Below are positions 1 to 12,504 of a stretch of DNA of 64,000 nucleotides, in pieces. The notes under the pieces were generated by a model. It did no database searches and had not been told where the DNA came from. It saw only the letters and a list, made by a program, of their open reading frames with translations. Source of the stretch: Octopus bimaculoides (Eukaryota); contig NC_068981.1 of the NCBI RefSeq assembly GCF_001194135.2, positions 188,467,451 through 188,531,450 of the forward strand. The letters are read 5' to 3'. Every line of letters begins with the position of its first letter. Position 1 is the first letter of the stretch. Both the position numbers and the translations under genes were made by a program.

Positions 1-9
1 TACACATAT

Positions 10-170
10 ACGACAGGCTTCTCCCAGTTTCCATCTACCAATTCCACTCACAAGGCTTTGGTCGGCCCGAAGCTATAGCAGAAGACACTTGCCAAAGGTG
101 CCATGCAGTGGGACTGAACCCATGACCATGTGGTTGGTAAGCAAGCTACTTACCCCACAGCCACTCCTGC
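10..170 (-). mobile_element. SINE family A (tRNA-derived, CORE-like), head fragment
   Basis: Reverse complement matches the head of the full-length copy at 59555-60008 (GGAGTGGCTGTG.GGTAAG...CTTACCAACCACATGG...CACCTTTGGCAAGTGTCTTC). Confidence 0.8.
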
Positions 171-1768
171 GCAAAAGAAAAGTCACTTGTTTTCTGAGCA
201 AATCTTGAGGAAAATCATGTGGTTTGTGTTGTATTACAAATTGTCGTGAATTATCACTGTAAAGATAGGGTCAGTTAACAGCCACTGTAATTCAAGTCTG
301 GTTTGGCATTATCATCTTTAACAGACTTTGTACTATTCTTATTTTTTTTAACATGCACTTTTCCTTCTGTGTTTATCAGATATGCCTTCAATTCGTGAAA
401 CTTCTGTCCACAGATTGTCCTTTTTTTTTAGTTGGAACTCTACATTCAACTTCCCCAGTGAAAGTTTACCAACAAAAGTTTTCTTCTTGATTTGCCTCCT
501 CTACACAAAAGTATTTCAAGAAGAACTCTTCTTCTTTTGTTCCTTCTTATTTTTCTGCCTTTCTTTCATATGTGATAATGAGATCTAGTACTGTTGTTTT
601 TTTATTAATCATACGTCACTAGAAAACTAAAAATAAAATATGACATCATTGTACATTCCTGAAAACAAGTAGTTTTATTTTATTTCTAAATAAATATATA
701 ATGTGGTTGCTTTTGAGGGTCAGTATTATGCCTCTTTGAACTCTGCATGCAAGGCAAATGCCTAGTTAGCCTAACAGGCCCTGATAAGAAAGATATAGTT
801 TTATAGATATTTTTGCTCAGATAACAAAGAAAATTGATATTTACTGAGCAGGTACAAAAACAATTAAAAGTAAAACAATTCAAAGGATGAATTATAAATT
901 CTGAAATTTTTGTTTTCAACTGCATATTTTAGCAGATTAAATTATAGACTAGAGACAATTATTTAAGATTAACTACCTTATAAAAGGGGAAAATATATAG
1001 TATATTTTTGGATTTAGATTGTCCTTTTAAAATATTTGTGTCCTATATTGCTTTATATACTAAAAAAATTCAATATTTATGATTTAGCTAATTACTTCAT
1101 TACTACTTCCTAGCAAATCAGGTAGATGACATCAAGCAAAACTTGTACTAAGATGAGTAATTATTTCAAAAACTCCTTTTTGAAATCAGATATCTGCAGT
1201 TAAAACAAATTACTTCTTTAGTAGTTCAGATTTACAAGCCTTTGTCTCAGCCTTTATGCAAGAAAAAAAAAAAGCAATAATTAGTTAGAAGTTCCCTTTG
1301 TTCAAAACATATATACACCCAATGATAATATTAGAAAAAAATGGCTTTTGTTGTAATATGATATAAATCAATATTTATTAATCTCATGCAATTGCAACAA
1401 ACCTTGTTAATGGCTTCGTGTTTGTAGTCAAATGTCTCCATCAGTGAATGATTATCCTGTTTGACTTTAATGGACAAGAAAATGAGAGAAAATGTGACTT
1501 GTATAATTTGATTTGGAGCAGTGAAACGAAATACTCCAGCCAAGGATCAATTCTATCTCACTGATTTAGCTGACTGAACTTGGGGAAAAAGCATTCAGGT
1601 ATTCACCATTTTAAAAATCACGAAGGTAAACGTAATTGTAGTTACATATAAGAAACATGGCAAAATTAGGCTCTATGAAATTGTTGTAGTGTATCCTGTT
1701 AAGTGTTGGATATTAATATCTATCTCCTTTAAAAGAGAAATAAAAATTAATATTTTGCTTTGTATAAA

Positions 1769-1983
1769 GTGGTGAGCTGGCAGAGCCATTAGCGTGCTTG
1801 ACAAAACATTCAGTGGCATTTCATCCATCTTTATGTTCTGAATTCAAATTCTATCGAGGTTGAATCTGTCCTTCATCTTTTCAGGGTCAATAAAACAAGT
1901 ACCAGCTGAACAATGGGGTCAATGTAACCAATTATCCCTATCCCTGAAAATTTCTGGCCTTGTGCCTGTCATAGAAAAGAATA
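1769..1983 (+). mobile_element. SINE family C (tRNA-like head plus conserved central domain), diverged copy
   Basis: GGTGAGCTGGCAGA...TTCTGAATTCAAATTC...CTTCATCTTTTCAGGGTCAATAAAACAAGTACCAG...GGCCTTGTGCC; same as the copies at 8604, 10132, 10373, 31905, 46965 and 54707. Confidence 0.75.
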
Positions 1984-3002
1984 TTTTGCCTTATAGGGTA
2001 AGATACCTCAGATAAATTAGTACATAAAAACATATACATCTTTATCAAAGGATGATAACATCTGCCCAGACAATTTCTACTCTTGTTAACAGCATTGTGG
2101 TTTTTCCTATTAAATATGGTTGTATGCATTGGGTTGTACCCCAGGTAAAGTTCGTCAATCTAATTATCCAAGTCAATTTAGAGAAAAATCAGGTTTCCTT
2201 CTTCCATTGTTGCCGTGTTGTTGCCTGTATGTAGATAATCCATTTGTGGAAATAATTGTTCCTACAATACGAAAAATCTGAATGTTTGCAAAATAATATC
2301 AAGCATTCCATTGAAACTACTGCTTAATAAGAATAGCAAACAAAAAAGAGTATTTTGAAGTATGGTTTAACAAAACAGTCAATATTATTAAATTTGTTTG
2401 CCAAGCTTTGAGTTAGAAGCTACAACCTGTTCGATACAGCTGCAATTGCTGGCCAGTAATCCAGAACATTGGTTCTTTCACAACATTTGTAATTCTATGT
2501 ACTATAGTCTGTCAATATAGTACATACACATTGACAAGATTGATATAATGTAAACAAGTGTCAGAGAATCTTTTCTTTGTTTATTGAAGCAAGGTCAAAA
2601 CCCAGTGACTGGAAGTCTAAATATGTTATTGAAATTTGACGAGTTATTAATTATCTTTTTTTTTTTTTTTTTTACATAAACCTCGGTGCTGATATATAGC
2701 TTTTTACATGGACACTCAAACACACATTTATGTGATAGTCATTAGCATAGTTTTCATCTAAAAAATTTTGCTCACAAGGCATTAGTCAACCCAAGGCTGT
2801 TACATGACACTCCTCAATGTGCTAAAGGATTGAACCCAGAATCTCTTTGTGATAAAGTAATTTCTGAACCACAGATTATCTCTACACTTACATACACACA
2901 CACACATATAATATTTGTGTGCATATGTGTCATCACCATCATATGCCCATCTTCCATACTGTATACAAGCATGCATACGCATATATATATATATATATAT
3001 AT

Positions 3003-3335
3003 GCTGAGACCCCCTTTAGTCATGACTGACCTTAGGATTGCACCTAGAAAATTACCCTCCGAGGCACAAGTCCGAGCAAGGTTGTTTATGGAAGACCAGC
3101 AGTCGCCCATCCAACCGGTCTCCCCTCTCCATGCCACCAGTGTTATCCAAGGGAAAGGCAAAGGCCGATACAGCTTGGCATTTGTGACGTCGCAACTCAT
3201 TTTTACAGGTGAGTGAACTGGAGCAACGTGAAATAAAGTGTTTTGCCCAAAAACACAACACGCAGCCTGGTCCGGGATTTGAACTCACAATCTTGCGATC
3301 ATAAGCTCGACACTCTAACCACTGAGCCATGTGCC

Positions 3336-3340
<5 letters not shown>
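3003..3340 (-). mobile_element. tRNA-derived CORE-type SINE (OR2-like)
   Basis: Minus strand reads GTGAAGGCACATGGCTCAGTGGTTAGAG (A box), GAGTTCAAATCCC (B box), then the CORE-like TGTGTTTTTGGGCAAAACACTTTATTTCAC...CTGTAAAAATGAG. It is flanked by (TA)n and (CA)n. Confidence 0.75.
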
Positions 3341-3390
<50 letters not shown>

Positions 3391-3554
3391 GGTGGAAGAC
3401 AAAGACACACACAATCACACTCATGCTTTCCTTGGACTATTTTTCCCTTCTCTCGGAGCCTTTCTGACACTCATTTTTTTCCCCATCTTTTCCCAACCTA
3501 ATAATACATTTGCTGTGTACATCCTTTTGACTTTTGTTGATTTTATTTTTGATT

Positions 3555-3612
<58 letters not shown>

Positions 3613-3883
3613 NNNNNNNNNNNNNNNNNNNNNNNNNNNNNNNNNNNNNNNNNNNNNNNNNNNNNNNNNNNNNNNNNNNNNNNNNNNNNNNNNNNNNNNN
3701 NNNNNNNNNNNNNNNNNNNNNNNNNNNNNNNNNNNNNNNNNNNNNNNNNNNNNNNNNNNNNNNNNNNNNNNNNNNNNNNNNNNNNNNNNNNNNNNNNNNN
3801 CCTTTGAATCAAACTGTTTCGATCCATACATGTAACTCCCAATAAATGTGTTGAGTTCTCTTCTTTTGTTTGTCTACTCACTC

Positions 3884-3939
<56 letters not shown>

Positions 3940-5629
3940 GGCTTTTTTCAGTTGCTGTCTACCTAATCCACCAACAAGGTTTTGGTCAGCCCAAGGCTAT
4001 AGTAGAAGATACTTGCCCAAGATGCCATGCAGTGGGTCTGAACCTGGAACTAGGTGGTTGGGAAGCAAGCTTCTTGCCACACAGCTATGCCTGTGCCACT
4101 GTTGATATAGGTCAGAAATATTGAAAGGAATATATATCATCTTATTTTTTAATGATGCTATTTCAATCGTTTACAAAGTAAAATTGAAGTAAAGTTGTAA
4201 ATAAAAAAAAACATACGTTTTTCTTTTGGATCAATAGATTTATTTGTGAGGACGAAGGTTCTACATGGATTGAATAAAACGACAGAAAATTAATTCCCTC
4301 TTTATATTCTATATAATGTTGATAAAAACTTAGAAAGTGAATACATAGATCTCTTAGAAAAATAAACGAAGCTATGCCATTTACAATCTTTTATAGTCTT
4401 ATAAACATTCTAGACACAGAAATTACAATCTTATAAAGTTGCAGATATATCGTTTTTTTTCTTTTTTTGTCATATACTTCCTTATTTATTTTCTTTATTA
4501 CTGGGATATGTGTTTTTATTTCTTGCCAGAACATTTTATTAACAAAAAAAAAAGAAAACCTCTGATAACTCTGATAATTGTATGGATTTTGCTACCTATA
4601 ATCATAGAAATTTATAAATATTTTAAAATTTATTATCTGTTTTATCAAGTTCATTGGTAGAATGATTTTTTTTTAAAAATCAATCTCCAAAACTAATAAA
4701 TCGGCATGAACAAGGTTATTCTATGGAACAAAAATGTAAATAAATTTGTGCCACTGTTTTCATTACTGAATAGGAGCATTATATTTTATGTTGATATTAT
4801 ATTCTTCAGTTTTGCTATCTCTCAAAGGTTACATACAACCATTCATATTTTCTGTTTCTGTTAGTAAATGACAGCTTCATTTGCTGTGATTTTATGATTT
4901 GGAACATTTACAGTGATTCAATGGCAGCTACTGTTTCACTGTGTTTCTCTATAAGACGGAAAGAAAAATATATTTCCTCAGCCGAAATTGTCACAGACCT
5001 ACATATGTGGTTGTATTATTCATTATCACTAATATATTTTATATAAGACATGTTAAGTACAACCATTGCTGTGTGGTTAAGCTCATTTCAGAACTACATT
5101 CACGACTTCATTCAAGTCCCATTGCATGGAACCTTGGATAAATGTATTCTACAGACGCAGACCAATCAATGCTATATGAATTTATTAGACAGAAACTGTT
5201 GGAAAGGAAGATATATTATCCTGTAGGATATGTGTGTGTGTACCATTTTATCTTTTACTTGTTTGTCATTGAACTGTGACCATGCTGGGGCATTGCCTTG
5301 GAGTATTTAGTCAAGCAAATTAACTCCAGCACATGTTCTAGTGCTTATTCCATTTGTGTGTCTTGCCAAACTGCTAAGTTATAGTGATTACAGGGGGAAC
5401 AAACACAAACATATACACATTGGGCTTCTTTCAGTTTTCATCTGCCTAATTCACTCACAAGGACTGAATCCCAAACTTGTATTATTCACACACACACACA
5501 CACACACACACATAGCTATTCAGATGTTTGGCCTCACAGAGAGAATGACAAGGGGCCGAGACCTCTGGTGGTTTCCTGTGCTTCAGAAGAAGTGTCAAGC
5601 TAAGTAAAATTATGGTTGTCCTTGCATAC

Positions 5630-5920
5630 AGGCATGTCCCCTACATCTATCTTCAGCTGAGCGATCTTAATCTTGCAGGCTTCTGGGTGTTGTGCCACAT
5701 AAAAAGCACCCACGCTGGTGCCATGTAAGAGTACCCATGCTAGTTTTTGCATAAAAACTCTCAGTACACTCTGTAAAATGGTCAGGTTTAGGAAAGGCAT
5801 CCAGCTGTAGAAAACAAGGCCAAAACAGACATGGAACCCAGGCAGCTCTTCAGCTGACCAACTCCTGTCAAACTGTCCAACCCATGCCAGCATGTAAAAA
5901 CGACAACAAATGATGATGGT
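5630..5920 (+). mobile_element. RTE LINE 3' UTR, 5'-truncated copy
   Basis: AGGAAAGGCATCCAGCTGTAGAAA...CCAACCCATGCCAGCATG...(ATG)n tail; homologous to the 3' end of the RTE ORF2 fragment at 37272-37992. Confidence 0.8.
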
Positions 5921-5931
5921 GATGATATATA

Positions 5932-5983
<52 letters not shown>

Positions 5984-5985
<2 letters not shown>

Positions 5986-6330
5986 CATCATCATCATCAT
6001 CATTTAACGTCTGTTTTCTATGCTGGTATGGGTTGGACAGTTTGACTGAGGTCTGGAGAGCCAGCGGCTGCACCAGGCTTCAATCTAATCTGGCAAAGTT
6101 TCAACAACTGGATGCCCTTCCTAACACCAACCACTCCCAGAGTGTTGTGGGTGCTTTTTACATGCCACCGGCACAGGAGCCAGTTAGGTGGGCCTGGCAT
6201 TAATCATGTGTGGATAGTGCTTTTTACACGCCACAGGCACGGGAGCCAGTTAGGGAGCACTGGCATCGACCATGTTCGGATGATGCTTTTTACATGCCAC
6301 TGGTACGGGAGCCAGTCAGGTGGACCTGAT
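5984..6330 (-). mobile_element. RTE LINE 3' UTR with about 2.7 internal 66-bp units
   Basis: (CAT)n TTAACGTCTGTTTTCTATGCTGG start; TGCTTTTTAC recurs at 6152, 6218 and 6284 (period 66). Confidence 0.85.
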
Positions 6331-6405
6331 ATATATATAATGCTAATACACTTGTTTGTTGTTCATACACCTGTCTTTGTTTTTTAGTTTTTCTATAAAT
6401 TTCAA

Positions 6406-6441
<36 letters not shown>

Positions 6442-7013
6442 ATTGTCTGTGAGTGGATGTTGCCATCTCTTCAGTTTTGTTGGTCTCTACCCAAGTGAAA
6501 TGGTGTTATGTTAGCTTTCTAGCTACCCTATGCTTTCTAACTCCTGTGGAAAGAAAAGCAATAGACCAAGTTGAAAAAAATGATTAAAGGTTCGTGATAG
6601 GAAGGGCATCTGAGTTTGAAATACTGTCTTAAATAAGTTACCATCTAACCCATGCTAGCATGGAAAAATGAACAAACATGTCTTGATAACAAAAGCATTA
6701 ATTTGGGGTGGGGACATATTGGGATGGGGTTAACTTAGAGCTTGTGTGAAATGAAAGTAACCAAATGTTTAATACTGTTTTCTAAATGTAATCCATTGTT
6801 ATGAAAAAGTAAATACTTCAAACAACTGGATGTTTTATTATTTCCAACAGAAAAAAAAGAGATTTTAAACATTATTAACCTATTATATAGGAACAATATA
6901 GTAATATATAAATGTTGAGAATTTACAGAATTTACAGAAATAAAATGTTTGTGAAATCATAAAAATATTGTTAAATCTCATAATTGGATTTTGTTGATTT
7001 GCTTGCCATATAG

Positions 7014-7071
7014 CTGTAGCTGATCACTATGAAATCGATTTTTCACAAATATCAGGCACCTGGCTCATAAG
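7014..7071 (+). CDS. candidate internal exon (xVADHYEIDFSQISGTWLIx), host gene unknown
   Basis: Acceptor ttgatttgcttgccatatag, donor AAG|GTGACA, open in phase 1 to 2. No homolog recognised; G-x-W is only vaguely lipocalin-like. Confidence 0.2.
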
Positions 7072-8039
7072 GTGACACAAGCAAAATTATTACTAAAATA
7101 AGAATAATATTAACTGATGTGTCATAGGATATATGAATGTTTTAAAATTTAATTTGCTATTAACATTAAAAGATTTTCTTTTTATGAGAATCTACAGGTA
7201 TTGCGTAATAAAATATTTGAATTTTTAGTTTGAGACGATTCTTACTTTTCTGATTTCATGTCTATTGGATATTGTATACAATGTAACAAAAATACCTAAT
7301 TTTTCTCTGAAATTATATTTTTTTTCTTCATGTTGTTTGATGCCTATTTTTAATAGTGATTGATTATAATTTATTAGAAAATTAAAATTTTATTTTTTAT
7401 TCAATAATTTGTTCAATCATTGTTGACATACCTAGTGGGGATTGTTATAGAAAGTAACATAGGAATTAAATATTTAGAAAATCATTCCTCTGAGAAAAGT
7501 TAAGCACATTCCATACACACACAAACACAAGCACACATGTTTTTTCAGAAATACATATACACATATATCTTCTATTTTCTTCCTGCGAGCAAGGCTTCTG
7601 CATAAAAAGCTCTCAGTACCTCAAGGGAGTATAATAATTATTCTAAGGATAAATTTTTTACAGAATTTATTCTATCTTGGTTAACAGGAATAGGATATAT
7701 CTTTTATAAACAAATAATCTGATAAAGAATATTATATATATACACACACAAACATATATAAATGCACATGCACATGCATATATACATACATGTGTGTGTA
7801 CATGTGTGTAGAAATATATACGCACACACATGCCTGTATGGTTAAGATTCCTTTGCGCAGTGCCTTCAGCATGTATCTTCTGAATGCAGATGTGGCTTAG
7901 TGGTTAAATAATTCGCTTTGAAACTGCATGGTTTTGAGTTCTTAGCCAACCAATGTCTACATGCTGAATTTGATTGGTGGAAACTGTACGAAGCCATTGT
8001 ATGAGTATGTTTGAGTATGTATATATATTCTTTTATTCT

Positions 8040-8262
8040 TTGCTTTTATTCTTTTATTTGTTTCAGTCATTTGACTACGACCATGCTGGAGCACTGTCTT
8101 TAGTCGAACAAATTCACTCCATGACTACCAAATCCACTCACAAGGCTTTGGTCGGCCCAAGGCTATAGTAGAAGACACTTGCCCAAGGTGCTACGCAATG
8201 GGACTGAACTTGGAACCATGTGGTTGGTAAGCAAGTTACTTACCACACAGCCACACCTGTGC
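8040..8262 (-). mobile_element. SINE family A, internally deleted copy
   Basis: The tail (TTTCAGTCATTTGACT...CATGCTGGAGCAC) is joined directly to the head (ACTACCAAATCCACTCACAAGGCTTTGG...TTACCACACAGCCAC). Confidence 0.8.
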
Positions 8263-8603
8263 CTATATATACATATAATCATCATTTAACAACTGTTTTC
8301 CATGCTGGCATAGGTTGACAACCTTGAAAAGACCTGGTAAGGCCAGGGGCCACACCAGGTTCCATAGTTTGTTTTGGTTTGGTTTCTACAGCTGGACGCC
8401 TTTCCTAATGACAGTGTCCTTCCTAATGTCATGATGACCTTCCTTAGCTGACCCCTCTTGAGTTGCTACATGAAGCTTCCATGAATTCCAATACAGAAAA
8501 TATTGTTACAACAGCTGTGTCATTTCACCAACTGTCAGTCTTCTCAGGTGTACTCCCATTATGTATTAGGACAGATCAACAATGGATTAATTCAAGTCCA
8601 ATA

Positions 8604-8818
8604 TTCTTTTCTATTCTAGGCACAAAGCCCAAAATTTTTGGGGAGGAGGCCAGTCAAATAGATTGACCCCAGTACACAACTGGTACTTAATTTATTGACC
8701 CCGAAAGGATGAAAGGCAAAATCGACCTCGGCAGAATTTGAACTAAGATCGTAAAGACATGAAATACCACAAAGCACTTCACCCGGGATGCTAGCGTTTC
8801 TGCCAGCTTGTCACCTTA
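8604..8818 (-). mobile_element. SINE family C
   Basis: TAGGCACAAAGCCC...GACCCCAGTAC.CAACTGGTACTTAATTTATTGACCCCGAAAGGATGAAAGGCAAA...TGCCAGCT. Confidence 0.8.
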
Positions 8819-8991
8819 TTCAAGTCCAATATTGGACCAGTACTGTATTTTATCAACTCTCAAACAAATGAAAGATGGCTCGAAGCTTGGTAGAATTTAA
8901 ATTCAGAACACACAGACCCAGAACCAATGCTCTAATGATTCAGTTTATCCATTACTCTGAATACAAACAGTATTGCAAGCGAAAATTAATC

Positions 8992-9368
8992 AAAACAAGA
9001 GCCCCCAGAAAGTGCAAACCTCTGCCAAGGCCATACCAACATCCTCTCAAGGAATAGCCAGACATGATTTTATAAAATGAGAATATCTGGAAGAAACTCC
9101 ACTGCTCTCACAAACAGGAGAATTCTAAAAATGTACCCGACCACTCTCAAAAATTAAGTGAAAAAAAACGGAAAAATAATCTAGAATCCTTGTCCAGTAC
9201 TGGATCGATTCCAAAATCTAATAAGTTTGTGCCAGTCACGAGGCCAAACATCCCTGAATGTTTCATCAAATTCTATCCAGCGGTTCTTGAGATATCTTGT
9301 CCACAGACAAAGTAAGAAACAAACGCGACTGTAAACAATACCTCCACCTTCGCTAAGGCAGAGGTAAT
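8992..9368. mobile_element. Helentron-associated non-autonomous element (HINE/DINE-1-like)
   Basis: Subterminal inverted repeat ACCTCTGCC (9018-9026) / GGCAGAGGT (9357-9365), plus a terminal hairpin ACCTCCACCTT-CGCT-AAGGCAGAGGT (9340-9365). This is the DINE-1/HINE architecture. Confidence 0.65.
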
Positions 9369-9941
9369 TAAATATGAATTGAAATAATTATCTTTCACCT
9401 TTTGCTTGTTTCAGCCAGTGGACTGCAAACATGGTGAGTCCATGCCTTGACAGCTTTAGTCAGCCAAATCAACCCAAGTACTCACTTTTAAAATTTAATG
9501 TTTATTCTATTGGTTTCTTTTGCTGAACTGCTAAGTTACAAGAACATAAACAAACCAACACTGGTTGTCAAGCTGTAAGGAAGCACAAACACAAATACAT
9601 GACAGGCTTCCATTCATACTTTATCATCATCATCATAATCTTCGTTTAACATCCGCTTTCCATGCTGGCTGTTTTGACTGAGAAATGGCAAGCCGGGAGG
9701 CTACACCAGGCTCCAATCCGAATCTGGCAAGGTTTCTACAGCTAGATGCCCTTCCTGATGCCAACCACTCCGAGAGTGTAGTGTGTTCTTTTTACATGCC
9801 ACTGGCACCAAATTCACCAGTGAAGCAATGGTAGGCCTAGGTCTATAGTAGAAGACATTTACCTAAGATGCCATGCACTGGGTTTGGTCTGAAAACCATG
9901 TAGTTGCAAAGCAAGCTTAACTCCATAGCTATGTCTGCATT

Positions 9942-9979
<38 letters not shown>

Positions 9980-10131
9980 CATCATCATCATTGTTTAACG
10001 TCCGCTTTCCATGCTAGCATGGGTTGGACGATTTGACTGAGGATCAGCAAGCCAGAAGGCTGCACCAGGCTCCAATCGGATCTGGCAGAGTTCCTACAGC
10101 TGGATGCCTTTCCTAACGCCAACCACTCAAT

Positions 10132-10586
10132 CCTTTCTACTATAGGCACAAGATATGGATTATGTGGGGAGGGGGACAGTTGATCACATCAACCCTCGTA
10201 CTCAACTGGTACCTGATTTATTGACCCCAGAAGAATGGAAAGTAAAGTTGACCTTGGGGGAATTTGAACTCAGAAAATAGCAATGGGTGAAATACTGCCA
10301 AGCATTTTGTCCAGCAAGCTAATGATTCTGCCAGCTCACCACCTTAAATAATAATAATAAGAAGAAGAAGAATCATTTCTACTATAGGCATAAGGCCAGA
10401 AATTTGGGGAAGGGGGATAGGCGATTAGATCGACCCCAGTACTCAACTGGTACTTAATTTATCAACCCCAAAAGGATGAAAGGCAAAGTCAACCTCGGCA
10501 GGATTAGAACTCAGAACGTAGTGAAGAGTGAAGTACCACTAAGCATTTCATCCAGCTAGCTAACGATTCTGCCAGTTTGCTGTCTT
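10132..10586 (-). mobile_element. tandem dimer of SINE family C
   Basis: Two head-to-tail ~213-bp copies (10132-10345 and 10373-10586) separated by (AAT)n(AAG)n. Confidence 0.8.
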
Positions 10587-11760
10587 ATACCTGTATAGAA
10601 TGACATACACACTATTGTTTCTTCAATCTATGAGAATAGTTAGAAAGGTAAATGGGAAATACTTGCATTGTAGACCGTCAAGGTTTCTGTAAACAGAAAC
10701 ACAATTGTATATCAAAGAATCAAAATATTTCCCTTTCAGTGTAAACACCTTAACTATCTAATTTTAACATCAAAAATCAGAGAAGACTTATCATAGTAAT
10801 GATAATAGAAATAAACATTCTACAAATATAGTGTAAATATCTTGATGTAAGATTCATACATCTTAATATATATGCTTTGATTTATTTGCACAAATCATTT
10901 TATTTACATTATTTATATATTATTTTATTATAGCTCTGGACTTGATGTAATTCTATTATATTCAAGTTCATAGTGCACTTTTTCTCCCTTATATTACAAA
11001 ATACATCTCTCTTCTTCCCTCTTTCCATGCACACACACACATACACACATTAAACACATTCTTCAGTGTGTATATGTGTGTGTATGCATTTGTTCCTGTT
11101 ATCACCGTTTCTCTCAACAGCTGCAGGTTTCTCACTCTCTGTAATAACTAATTTATTCAAGATACGAACTATTAATTTTCAAATTGTGTCTTTTCCTTTT
11201 CTCTTTTAAATAAGTCATAAATGTCATTCGTCTTCTGTTCAGCTGGTAAACTATTTCCTAGATTACTTTATACCAGTGCAAAGAGAGATATTAATTGATA
11301 TTTATCTCTAGGAGTTTGTCATACAAAATACACAGACATTGATTGTTTACCATGTATATATTAAAAAAAAGAACAGTTGGTTATTTTCAGATGAGAAATC
11401 TTATAACTAATAAGTATAGTTCTCTTTAATTGATTATTGTATTTTTCTTATATTTTTCCTTTATAAATATTTTTCCTTCATAAATGAAGATAAATTCCTT
11501 GTCATTCTACCTTGAAATTTTAAACATGACAGTAATGTATCAAAAATAGAATATGATTTTGCACAGGTTGAAATATATATATATATATAACATAACTTTA
11601 TTGATTTTAAAGTGAAATCTCTCTCCAGTATATTAAATTCATTGAGATTTATTTATCTGTAGACTTTTCCTAACATTTCTAATATTTTGTATCTTTTACA
11701 GTTGAACTAAGTTAATATATTAGTTTTTGTATTATCAGCAATGTAATAACATATATATTC

Positions 11761-12040
11761 ATGTCAGATGACTTAAGGCTTTCCACGGGATATTTTTATG
11801 CCACATGACTTAAGGTATTCCATGGGATATATTTATATCATGACATAAGGTATTCCATGGGATACATTTATGTCACATGACTTAATGTTTTCCATGGGAT
11901 ATATTTACGTTACTTGATGTAAGGTTTTCTATGGGATATTTTTATGTCACTTGACTTGAGTTTTTTCCCGGAATATATTTATGCCATGTGGCTTAAAGTT
12001 TACCGTGGGATATTTTTGTCACATGACTTAAGGTTTTCGA
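11761..12040. repeat. 37-bp minisatellite, about 7.5 copies
   Basis: Consensus ATGTCACATGACTTAAGGTTTTCCATGGGATATATTT; units start near 11761, 11798, 11835, 11870, 11907, 11944, 11981 and 12017. Confidence 0.9.
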
Positions 12041-12504
12041 TCACTTCATCCCATGTCTTCCAGGTTTTTTTTATTTTCCAAGTTCATATATCAGGCACTC
12101 TGCATTTCTTAGACAATTGCATCTCTAACAGGGCACAGTCTTCTGTCTTGCACACTACATCAAACTCCTCTTNNNNNNNNNNTAGTTTTTCTTTCTGCTC
12201 ATTTGTGCTTTCTCATGCAGTCACACTCACATGCACTTACTCTTGCATGCACTCAGACTTCCACACACACTCACTCACACATTCTCTTGCACTCATACAC
12301 TCACTCTCACATGCTAACTTTCACACACACACGCATGTGCATGCACACATGAAACTCTACTCGGTTGAGACAATTCACACCTCTCACTGGTTATAATTTT
12401 GTATTCCCATTCCAACATGGGCAACGGACATTAAATGACTATGATTCTGGTGGTAATAACGTCATATTCTGGCATAAAAAATCATTCTTTTTGCCTACAA
12501 TGGC

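Noticed and set aside
2052-2152. Hydrophobic exon candidate ending at CAG|GTAAAG
   Set aside because: The donor is good, but frame and acceptor are ambiguous and it is not phase-compatible with the next candidate exon at 7014.
2800-3330. Overlapping 92-128 aa ORFs
   Set aside because: They lie within a SINE and microsatellites, with no coding character.
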